This document shows positions 35,804-44,355 of a DNA stretch of 64,000 nucleotides, in pieces. Position numbers and translations under genes: made by a program. Origin of the DNA: a virus (Duplodnaviria; Caudoviricetes); IMG/VR virus record IMGVR_UViG_3300036762_000188; one strand, given 5' to 3'. A model generated the notes under the pieces. That model was given only the letters and a program-made list of their open reading frames with translations, did no database searches and was not told the origin of the DNA. How positions within the stretch are numbered: position 1 is the first letter of the stretch; every line of letters begins with the position of its first letter.

Positions 35804-38800
35804 TTTGAACCGGAGTATCCTCGGAGATGGTACCGGCTGCTAACGCGGCTAGTACCTCTTCCTCGGATGAAAAGACTACGGTCTTTTTATCTGACGGACG
35901 GGTCATGTACACAGATCCTAGAATAGCCTCATGACCAGGGGCGTACATAGGACTGCCGAATCCCTTACGGGCGTCGTGCAGATGGTTAGAAGGCAACAGT
36001 TTCTCGTTAGCCTCTTTTATAGCCTCTGGAGTAACCGGTACGTGCATACTCAAGGCATCACCATCATAATCCGCTGCATATCCTGGTAGATGCAATATGT
36101 TAAGACCTATAGTCTTACCTGTAGTAGGTATAGGCTTAAGGGCTAGAATGTTAGTTTTCATAAGAGTAGGAGCACGATTAAGTATAATCGGTATTTCCTT
36201 GATAACCTTATTGAAACTACTTACTGCAGCCATATTACGATCTTCACACGCTTTTTTAGCTGCAGCAGGATTGTACCCCTTCTGAGCTAGGTCACGCTTG
36301 ATATGCATATCGTACATAGTCCACAGCTGTTCCGCCGGGATCTTAACTTCATCAAACCCTAGGTCTGGCGCTGCGTAAATAGTACCGCGGCCTGACATAT
36401 CCTGCTTACGACTCAGTAGCTTAGACTGGAAGTAACCGGTCTTAGGACCACCGTCACCGCCTATCTGTTTCATCAGGCCTTTAAGATGTTTATTCTTAAA
36501 GCGAACCGGCTCTCCCGCAGCCATAATAGCCTTGGCAGCAGAGTAGGTATCAGCACGTGCCTGTTGCAGAGTAGGGAAGCTATGATCGTATAGATCTTTA
36601 TTCTTATCTACCCCATCGTTAACCAGATATAGATCCTGGTACAGACTGTTAACGTCCGCTACTACTGCACGCCCCTCATTGACAGATATAGGACGCATCA
36701 CCGGAGGTATAACTGGTATATTACGTAGCAGTACTGCGCTACTTAAATCCTTAAACCCCTGTTTATGCAATCCATGTAAAGCCTTGATACGCTTGATGAT
36801 ATTATTCTTAGTGGATACAGCCTTGGTAACCTCTAGCTCTCGCGTAAGGGCCGCTATCTCCGCCTCAGGGTCGATATCATCCAGCATCTGCTTAAAGGCT
36901 TCCCCGCCTATAACAGCTTCATCACTAGCCGCCTTAGTCATACCGGCGTTAACGTGGATAGAACGTACTAGCTTCTCAGTATCACTATCGAGTATATCGA
37001 AGTTACCGGAACCTTTACGCTTAACCATGTACTTACCGGATACTATGTTATCGTACTCAGCCTGTTTAAGACCTAGTATGCTAATAACCGTGGGCTCTAA
37101 CACCGGAGATACTATAGACTCTGATAGAGGTAAGTGTGACCACTTAGTACCGTCTATACCACCGGTCATACCGATATCGAATAGGCCACCTTTACTGGTA
37201 CGTGCGTCACTGCCCTGAAGCATCTTAGTGTTCCTCAAGGCGCCACTGCTCATAGACAGTATCTTCTCGTCTGTCAGTGGTGCTAGCGTAAGTCTACCGT
37301 CTCGCTGAGACACTTCTATACCACTACCTTTCAGATAGTCGAAGAACTTCTGAGTGGCGAAGGTAGTAGAAGGTTTAGGTAGAGGCTTACCTCGTATAAA
37401 CTTATCCCAGTAGTCGCCTTGCTGTGATAGTTTACCACCCTCCGCCTTAATAGTAGCCATTTCCTTAAGGTTACTACGGGCGTTAGATCCTAGAAGTCCT
37501 AAGAACTCCATATATCCTACTGCCTTAGCACCCTCTTCACCACCCTTAGTAGGCTGCCCGACGTTATCATACTTCCCTGTACTACGGGCGAAGTAGTTAG
37601 CGTCTACCGTCTTATCTAACTTAACGATATACTGAGGTCCTGCGAATACCTTACTACCTATAGTCTTACCTGTCTTAGGATCATAGATCTCCTCGGTATC
37701 AGATAGTCCGCGGTCAGCTAGCTCTTTCTTAAGCGTGCCGATGTTGCTCGCGTTCTCATAGTTCTTAACCATGTAAGGCTTACCGTCGTGCTTAGCGATC
37801 TTAGCAGCTACGGTCTCCATGATCTGGCCTAGGTTAATACGCGAGGTAACAGACGCAGGGTTAAATAGTACGTCTACAGGCTTACCCGTCTCTCTACTAT
37901 GAGGCATCTCATGATCATCTAGGATCAGAGATACGATACCCTTACCGCCGTGGAAGTTGGTTATCTTATCCCCTTCGACTAGACTCTTCTCAGAACGTAC
38001 TATAATACGTATGTTCTTACCGGTCTTGTCTATGTCTACTATCTCACCTAACTCCTCGTGATCCCATATAAGGCTAGCGTCGCGATATTTATTTACCAGT
38101 GTCTTATGCAGACGTCCTAGTAGCATATCCATCTCGCTCACTTCCTTTTCTTCCAGGATAGGCCAGATTATATCACCCTTATGCAGTACACGGCCTTTAG
38201 CCGGAGCTCCATCCCTGGCCAACCCTTGTAGTTGCTGTGGAGTATACTTACGACCGAATTGACCTCGGAAGGTCTCAAGGTCTAGTACAGTCTTATCCCC
38301 TGCACTATAATCAAACTTGTAAGCGTGATTACTTATCATAGACTCCGCTGCAGAGCGGCTTAGCACTACGGCGTCTTCGTGGTTAAACCCTTCATACGGC
38401 ATATAGGCGATATGTAGGTTCTTACCTAAAGCCAGTACACCATCCTTGGTATAATTATTGTCTGCTATAGTCTGCCCGGCCTTTACACTATCTCCCACCT
38501 TAAGATGTGTAGGCTCGTCGTCGTGAAATCCCTTCATGTTAAAAGGTAGGTTATCCACTAGACTTACTTCATGGTTACCTTCCGCTCCGCGTATAGTAAC
38601 CTTCTTAGGTTCTACTTTAACCACCACGCCGTCTACCGGTGACTTAGTGGTGAATACACGTGCTAGACTCTCTGAGAATGAACGGCCTTTACTATCCACG
38701 GTCTGTACTAAAGGAGCCTCACGATCCCGTAAACTCAGAGTCTGTGGAATAGCTTTACCCGCCATGGTTAAACGTCCAGGGTGGTCACTATTAAGGAAAG

Positions 38801-40319
38801 GCACTAAATTAGTAGTAACCGTATACATGTCAGATCCCGCAGGGATCCAGTAGTCTACGTGGCTACGTGGAACTTTCTTAAAATTACCATTAACCTGAGC
38901 ATGTACCTCATCACCATCATCTCCCGGGAATCCGATAGTATGTTCGCCCATCTCCTTGGCTGATAGGTACACTATCTTACCGTTATTATCCTTAACTCTA
39001 GCATACATGTTACCATCACGATCGCGACGCGAAGTCATGGTGAACCGCAGATCGATACCTGCCATGTCAGACTCAGGAGTACGTGACGGATCTAATATGC
39101 CAAGGTGGCTAGGATCGACGTTACGGGCTTCTGAAGGCACTCCCTGGGCACTACCTATACCACCATAGCCTGCACCGATGATCGTGGCCTTACCGACGTT
39201 CTCCATCGATTCTATAGGGTTAGTCTCTGTCGGTGTAGACGATAGACTAGACTCAGTAATAAACGAAGAGAACACTTTGTTGAAGGGCTTGGCGCCGATC
39301 AAGTTACGTATCTTAAGCGTATCTGGGTTAGCCGGGTTGACACGTCCTAGAGAACGAGCCATGTTCTTAACGGTACCTGTAACGCGTAGGTTACCTTTAC
39401 TGAAGTGAGACGATATAAAATCTGGTAGATTCTGCACTTTCTTAAACTGCAGGCTATCACGGTTATCCTCACCTCTATCACCTCTATGAGTATCTACTAG
39501 ATTCTTCATAGCGCGAAGTATGGCTTCCTGGCTTACATGACTGAAAGAAGCACCTAACGTTATCTCTGTAGTATCTACATCCAGTCTGGAGGCTTCCAAA
39601 GCCTCTTTAAGCGCTACCGTCTTCTCTTCTATAGAAGCATCCTTATTCTGCTTCATGCGGTTAACCATCTTAGAATATAAAGATGATATAGCACGATCAG
39701 CCGGCTGATTCTTATTAGCAGCGATAACGTCGTCAGGTAGATATCTCTTAAGATCTGAGTCGGTTAGCCCGAAGCAACGGATCATAACAGGTATCAACGG
39801 TACGCCCACAGATTTAGTGCTACCAGCACGTATGTTAAACTGTAGACTCTCAGGGTCTAACACGATAGAGAAACCGGAGCCACTATTAGTGTTAAACTCA
39901 CTCTCCACCTCTCCGTTCTCACGACTGTGCAAGTATACACCTGGTTTACGTAGGATAAGGTTGGAGACGTTATAGTTATTACCGCGGTACACTATAGTGT
40001 GCTTACCTGTCATAGCGTAAGTATCAGACAGGTTAAAGTTCTTAACCTTATCAAGTACCTTCCCGGTATTCTTATCGGTCAACGTCATAGTACCCTTGAT
40101 AGGGTAGGTCAAAGACTTACTCTTCAGAATAGCCTCTTTCTCGTCTGCATGACCGAACTCTTTTTTAGCGGCGTACACATCACTGACGTCTAATCTGTAG
40201 TTATTATCCTCTACAGGGAACGTGGACATTATACCACTTATCATAGCCTCATCAGTCTGATCATTTATCTCAGCAGGAGAGGCGAATATAGGGGTTAGTT
40301 CACTCGGATCTTTCGGCAT
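35787..40319 (-). CDS. Phage RNA polymerase: beta-like subunit fused to the N-terminal half of beta' (catalytic DxDGD)
   Basis: Beta motifs RNVDPSHLG..TPES, LVPFLNSD, LALGKN..GFNHED, GDKITNFHGGKG, SRINLGQ, ARSTG, QPTKGG; beta' motifs GGLFD, IPVIPPVMRP, DMSGRGTI, LNRAPTL, YAADYDGD. Confidence 0.92.
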   Translation of the reverse strand: MPKDPSELTPIFASPAEINDQTDEAMISGIMSTFPVEDNNYRLDVSDVYAAKKEFGHADEKEAILKSKSLTYPIKGTMTLTDKNTGKVLDKVKNFNLSDTYAMTGKHTIVYRGNNYNVSNLILRKPGVYLHSRENGEVESEFNTNSGSGFSIVLDPESLQFNIRAGSTKSVGVPLIPVMIRCFGLTDSDLKRYLPDDVIAANKNQPADRAISSLYSKMVNRMKQNKDASIEEKTVALKEALEASRLDVDTTEITLGASFSHVSQEAILRAMKNLVDTHRGDRGEDNRDSLQFKKVQNLPDFISSHFSKGNLRVTGTVKNMARSLGRVNPANPDTLKIRNLIGAKPFNKVFSSFITESSLSSTPTETNPIESMENVGKATIIGAGYGGIGSAQGVPSEARNVDPSHLGILDPSRTPESDMAGIDLRFTMTSRRDRDGNMYARVKDNNGKIVYLSAKEMGEHTIGFPGDDGDEVHAQVNGNFKKVPRSHVDYWIPAGSDMYTVTTNLVPFLNSDHPGRLTMAGKAIPQTLSLRDREAPLVQTVDSKGRSFSESLARVFTTKSPVDGVVVKVEPKKVTIRGAEGNHEVSLVDNLPFNMKGFHDDEPTHLKVGDSVKAGQTIADNNYTKDGVLALGKNLHIAYMPYEGFNHEDAVVLSRSAAESMISNHAYKFDYSAGDKTVLDLETFRGQFGRKYTPQQLQGLARDGAPAKGRVLHKGDIIWPILEEKEVSEMDMLLGRLHKTLVNKYRDASLIWDHEELGEIVDIDKTGKNIRIIVRSEKSLVEGDKITNFHGGKGIVSLILDDHEMPHSRETGKPVDVLFNPASVTSRINLGQIMETVAAKIAKHDGKPYMVKNYENASNIGTLKKELADRGLSDTEEIYDPKTGKTIGSKVFAGPQYIVKLDKTVDANYFARSTGKYDNVGQPTKGGEEGAKAVGYMEFLGLLGSNARSNLKEMATIKAEGGKLSQQGDYWDKFIRGKPLPKPSTTFATQKFFDYLKGSGIEVSQRDGRLTLAPLTDEKILSMSSGALRNTKMLQGSDARTSKGGLFDIGMTGGIDGTKWSHLPLSESIVSPVLEPTVISILGLKQAEYDNIVSGKYMVKRKGSGNFDILDSDTEKLVRSIHVNAGMTKAASDEAVIGGEAFKQMLDDIDPEAEIAALTRELEVTKAVSTKNNIIKRIKALHGLHKQGFKDLSSAVLLRNIPVIPPVMRPISVNEGRAVVADVNSLYQDLYLVNDGVDKNKDLYDHSFPTLQQARADTYSAAKAIMAAGEPVRFKNKHLKGLMKQIGGDGGPKTGYFQSKLLSRKQDMSGRGTIYAAPDLGFDEVKIPAEQLWTMYDMHIKRDLAQKGYNPAAAKKACEDRNMAAVSSFNKVIKEIPIILNRAPTLMKTNILALKPIPTTGKTIGLNILHLPGYAADYDGDALSMHVPVTPEAIKEANEKLLPSNHLHDARKGFGSPMYAPGHEAILGSVYMTRPSDKKTVVFSSEEEVLAALAAGTISEDTPVQITRAA

Positions 40320-40581
40320 CTACCGGGTTCCTTTCTAAATAGTTTATTACGCATGTATAAATGCCAGTGTTCGGAGATATGCTCTCCTTCCTGCTCATTA
40401 TTACTATATCATTAGATCCATCGACGCCTCGAGTTAACAATCTCTCTAGTGCCATCTGATCGTCATCGTTATCAGTACCTAGGCGATATAGATTTATACG
40501 GGCTCTATAACCCGTAGTACTAGACGTATCTATGCCCTGCGCAAGCATGTCGGGCATTAAATCATTCATCTCCATTACCAT
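40300..40581 (-). CDS. Hypothetical late protein
   Basis: 93-aa ORF between the portal and RNAP genes. Confidence 0.6.
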   Translation of the reverse strand: MVMEMNDLMPDMLAQGIDTSSTTGYRARINLYRLGTDNDDDQMALERLLTRGVDGSNDIVIMSRKESISPNTGIYTCVINYLERNPVDAERSE

Positions 40582-42229
40582 CTCCTTGTATAAGGCTCAC
40601 TACCTCTGCGAACATGGCAGGATTATCGTGTTTCAGTTGTATAGCCATCTTCTGCTGTTCTTCTGGAGTAGCCTGGGATAATTTCTGCGCTAACTTGACT
40701 ACCTCAGCACGGTGTTCCTTATAGCCGTTATCATCCTCTCCATCATCATCACTTTGATTGGCCTGGAATGTAGCACGCTTAACAGCCTCTGCAGTGCGGA
40801 CAGCCTCTTCAGCCTTATGTACAGCCTGTTCCCTTAATCTAGATTTGATCTTATCTGGGTCCATACCGAATATCTCTAGTACGGTAGTCTCGTCTATAAG
40901 GTTATTATCTAGCATGCTAAGATACATCTGCTTAAGATTATCATTATCTGTCAATTCGAACGGTACTAAATCTACATCAAGTTTTTCTATGTCCAGGAAA
41001 TTAGCTATTTTAGAATATATCCAATCCAGCGTGTTACGTAGCTTACGAACGTACTGGTTCATGTTATTCTCTAATAGTCGCAGACCTACCGTAGAACTAG
41101 TCCAGTTAGTAGTACCACTAAGCAGCTCCCTACTCACGCCCTGGCCCATAAGCAACTGCTCTTCTGCGAACTGAAGCTCGTTAGTCACTAGTAGTGATTT
41201 ACCCTGGCCTCCCATATATCCTACACCTATAGGTATAGGGCTTAGTAGTATGTGGTTAGGGTCTTGCTTAAACTTCTGCAAGTTAGTCTTCATAGCCGCG
41301 GTGAAGTTACCCATAGACATAGATGCTATAGGATCGGCGTTAGCAGAGCCTTGCTGAGGGTATATCATCCTCATAGGGTTCATATGCTCCAGCGCTATAG
41401 ACTCGTTAGCCTTACGTAGGCACTGCATATAGAATACCGTAGAGTACATACTTAGTAACGGAGGTACTCCGAAGCCTGGTATAAGATCTCCCATAGATAA
41501 CCCCTTAAGGTGGTATACCTCGTCCTTAGCGAACATGAAATCTTTATTCAGTCTGATAGCATCTATAAAGCCCATGGGCATAGTGCATATAAAGTGCGGG
41601 TCTCCCAGTATAACCTTACGTTTAACATCACCCGGTATAGTATAGTAGTACTCGCTCTCTCCTGATATAGGATTCTCATTTACCGCTATATGGTCCAACT
41701 TCCATTTAATAATGTTTATACGCGATATATCTCTACTACGCGTATCTTTAACTTTAAACACTCCGGTCGTGTGACATGACGGACACGTACCGTGGAACCC
41801 GAATTTAGTCCACTTGACCTCTTTACCTAACGAAGTACGTGCGTTAATAAGATTCTCACACTCTCTACATTCTAGCATGCGCTCAAATGGGTAATATATA
41901 GATAGGAATGCGTTACCGTGGGCAGAGTAATCAAAACCTGCGTCGCTAAGCTTCTCTATGACCCTTACGCTATCCGTAATTTCATTGTACTTCTTACGAA
42001 GAGATTCATTGTTAGTGGTATAACTCACCTCCGTCATAGGGTACGTAGCCATCTTACGTAGCACTTCGGTTACAGTAGGCGACTTTATAAGAATGAATCT
42101 GGTCTGCTTTAGCAGATCATGGAAGTTGCGTGGTATGAACTGAGTACTAACGTCGTAAGACGGGTTGGCGTAGGTGCCTAGGTCATATCTACCGTATAAC
42201 CCTCTTGTATCTGTCCTAGAGCCAATCAT
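40562..42229 (-). CDS. Putative portal protein with Zn-ribbon insertion
   Basis: 555 aa; portal-like DYSAHGNAF, EVYHLK..PGFGVPPL, GVSRELL; CxxC...CxxC insert; first gene of a late operon. Confidence 0.65.
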   Translation of the reverse strand: MIGSRTDTRGLYGRYDLGTYANPSYDVSTQFIPRNFHDLLKQTRFILIKSPTVTEVLRKMATYPMTEVSYTTNNESLRKKYNEITDSVRVIEKLSDAGFDYSAHGNAFLSIYYPFERMLECRECENLINARTSLGKEVKWTKFGFHGTCPSCHTTGVFKVKDTRSRDISRINIIKWKLDHIAVNENPISGESEYYYTIPGDVKRKVILGDPHFICTMPMGFIDAIRLNKDFMFAKDEVYHLKGLSMGDLIPGFGVPPLLSMYSTVFYMQCLRKANESIALEHMNPMRMIYPQQGSANADPIASMSMGNFTAAMKTNLQKFKQDPNHILLSPIPIGVGYMGGQGKSLLVTNELQFAEEQLLMGQGVSRELLSGTTNWTSSTVGLRLLENNMNQYVRKLRNTLDWIYSKIANFLDIEKLDVDLVPFELTDNDNLKQMYLSMLDNNLIDETTVLEIFGMDPDKIKSRLREQAVHKAEEAVRTAEAVKRATFQANQSDDDGEDDNGYKEHRAEVVKLAQKLSQATPEEQQKMAIQLKHDNPAMFAEVVSLIQGDGNGDE

Positions 42230-42259
42230 AAGATTCTCCGGTTATTATTGAGTATATTC

Positions 42260-42266
42260 TATTTTA
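42260..42266 (-). promoter_or_regulatory. Class B promoter motif TAAAATA
   Basis: About 31 nt upstream of the portal start. Confidence 0.6.
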
Positions 42267-42315
42267 CATTTTAACGCCGTACTAGGCTATAAGCAAGTAG
42301 AGCCTAGGAGGGTTT

Positions 42316-42552
42316 ATGAAAATAATAGATGACGTACATGCACGGTTATATGAAGACTTGATATCTGGAGAGCGGGTCATCCACGGAGTTATAAGTAATA
42401 AGATGCTGGATGAGTTACGTGCTGTAGGCGTAGATGTATCAATCAAGATGTCAGCAGGGGCTGCTATTTTAGTACATATAGATACTGAAAACCTACATCT
42501 CATACGCCCGGCCGTATTAGAGTGCCATAAAATTCAATTTACACGGTTGTAA
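42316..42552 (+). CDS. Hypothetical protein
   Basis: AGGAGG RBS; GGCTATAAGC class A-like motif upstream. Confidence 0.65.
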   Translation: MKIIDDVHARLYEDLISGERVIHGVISNKMLDELRAVGVDVSIKMSAGAAILVHIDTENLHLIRPAVLECHKIQFTRL

Positions 42553-42611
42553 TTGGTATAATTAAAGTATGATAGAATTCCCTATCATGAAACTGTATAG
42601 AGAGTAAAACT

Positions 42612-42854
42612 ATGTCTGATTTAGAGAACTTAAAAGGCCGTGTAGAAGACCTAACTTCACGCATCTCAGAGATGGAAAAATCATCGGATGCATCGGTTGA
42701 ATCCCTGAAAGATGAAATCTCCGGTGAACGTGACTGGCGTAAGATCGGCCTGTATGCTGCAGGTACAATCGCGGTTGCAGGTGTGGTCGGTGGTATAGCG
42801 TACGCCGTTCGTAAGAAGTCTGCTGCTGAAGTACCGGAAGTGGTACTGAAATGA
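42612..42854 (+). CDS. Small coiled-coil plus C-terminal TM membrane protein
   Basis: Heptad N-terminus, IGLYAAGTIAVAGVVGGIAYAV, then RKK. Confidence 0.7.
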   Translation: MSDLENLKGRVEDLTSRISEMEKSSDASVESLKDEISGERDWRKIGLYAAGTIAVAGVVGGIAYAVRKKSAAEVPEVVLK

Positions 42855-43030
42855 GTGAACTGGCCGACACTACTGAGCGCGTACACGAGCTGTACGAGCG
42901 GATGAAAGTGGTAGGCCAGGGGCTGGGGCATGAGCCTCAGCCACCCAAGAGGAGTTACACCCCTCTTTTGGTCGGACTAACATTATTAGTAGCCGGAGGG
43001 ACTATATATGTTCTTTCAAAGAAAGACTAA
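42851..43030 (+). CDS. Small tail-anchored membrane protein (59 aa)
   Basis: ATGA overlap with the previous gene; MSELADTTERVHELYER...LLVGLTLLVAGGTIYVLSKKD; not in the ORF track. Confidence 0.6.
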   Translation: MSELADTTERVHELYERMKVVGQGLGHEPQPPKRSYTPLLVGLTLLVAGGTIYVLSKKD

Positions 43031-43379
43031 GAAAGCCTCTGTACTGGCAGTTAAGGAGTACGCCAGCTCCTTGAAGGCCATCGTCCCGACAGACGATAAC
43101 ATCTTAAAGGTGATAGAGGCTTTAAACTCTCTGTCTGCATGCATTCAAAAGGCTAATTATGAAAACGGGTCAGCAGAGCTGCTGTCCCGTAGACATAACT
43201 ACCTAGCTATGCTAGACAAGATGGATAGGCTGGAGGGGCGGATAAACCCTGCCACAATATTGCTTATTAACAAGCAGTTAACCTCTATAAAAGAATCTCT
43301 ACATCGGGCCGATGTAGATACAGAGATAGTAATACCTACACCTACCTGTGCCTTACTAGAAGAGTTACGGTTGATGTAG
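43008..43379 (+). CDS. Hypothetical protein
   Basis: GGAGG RBS; 123 aa. Confidence 0.65.
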   Translation: MFFQRKTKKASVLAVKEYASSLKAIVPTDDNILKVIEALNSLSACIQKANYENGSAELLSRRHNYLAMLDKMDRLEGRINPATILLINKQLTSIKESLHRADVDTEIVIPTPTCALLEELRLM

Positions 43380-43380
43380 T

Positions 43381-43404
43381 AAAAGGCCCTGCGAGGCCTT
43401 TTTT
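43381..43404. terminator. Bidirectional intrinsic terminator
   Basis: AAAAGGCC/GGCCTTTT stem between convergent genes. Confidence 0.75.
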
Positions 43405-44290
43405 AGATCTGATAGACTACAGCCTGTCGTACTCTGGCAGACGTAGCGGAGGTTACAGCTGACGATAGTACTATGTTATTAGTACCTGAGTTCCAGGTCC
43501 AGTCGAACTGGTTAACACCGTCTAGGAAGACTTCTACTGCGTCTATGTTACTAGTGTCAATACTAGTACCAGATAGAGGTATTAATGATTGACCTGTGGT
43601 TAACGAAGTAGTGTAGTGCACGTAGTCTATTCTAGTAGTGGCAGATATATTAGAAGCCTGTTGCAATGTCTTATATTCTAGGTACGAGATTATGGCGTTA
43701 TTAAGAGTAGTAGTGCCATAAGGTACAATAATCTCCATAACAGGTATTCTACCTACGTCCGGTGATATTGAAGGCGCCGCGCCACTCATAGGGTACTCGT
43801 TAGAGTTTTTAATAGAGAATGTCAGCACTTTTATCATCGAGTCACCTGAAGCCACCCGGTCAGTACTAATCGGTTCTCTATAGGTAGCCTGTACTAGATA
43901 CTTAACTGCGTTACCAGCGTTAGCTGCAGGTGCTATGTTAGTAAACCTAGTAGTCTTATCATGCACTGCCATAAGGGGTACGGAGGTGCTAATACTCTCT
44001 ATAGTTTCTGTTAGAAGGAAGATACCGTAGCTAAAAGATAAGTCTAGCAGTAGAGAGTTACTGTAGGTAATATGCGAACCTAATACCCCACGTCCACCTA
44101 GTTTGGCGTATCCATTAAGAGTAGCGGCTAGGGCTGCACGCTTAGAACTACCAGTTTGTGAGTCTAAACCTTCTGCTACTAGCCGGATGTTATCATCCAA
44201 GTCCGCTAAAGGTCTATTATCTGTAGTGTAGTGGTACGGGTCGTTTTCTACGTAATATCTTACAAGGGTTAGGGAATCTAAAGTAGACAT
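43403..44290 (-). CDS. Putative tail fibre/baseplate-associated structural protein
   Basis: Start ATG 44290 after AGGAG; N-terminal VRYY..NDPYHY..DNRPLADL, C-terminal VFLDGVNQ beta-sandwich-like segment. Confidence 0.5.
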   Translation of the reverse strand: MSTLDSLTLVRYYVENDPYHYTTDNRPLADLDDNIRLVAEGLDSQTGSSKRAALAATLNGYAKLGGRGVLGSHITYSNSLLLDLSFSYGIFLLTETIESISTSVPLMAVHDKTTRFTNIAPAANAGNAVKYLVQATYREPISTDRVASGDSMIKVLTFSIKNSNEYPMSGAAPSISPDVGRIPVMEIIVPYGTTTLNNAIISYLEYKTLQQASNISATTRIDYVHYTTSLTTGQSLIPLSGTSIDTSNIDAVEVFLDGVNQFDWTWNSGTNNIVLSSAVTSATSARVRQAVVYQI

Positions 44291-44355
44291 ATTGTCTCCT
44301 ATTGAGTTTAATAAAGGTATAGTATACACTGTGTAAAACAGTACAGGGATGTTAC

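Noticed and set aside
29179-40319. Host rpoB/rpoC contamination
   Set aside because: Highly diverged motifs, non-cellular split point, no ribosomal-protein context, and embedded among virion genes.
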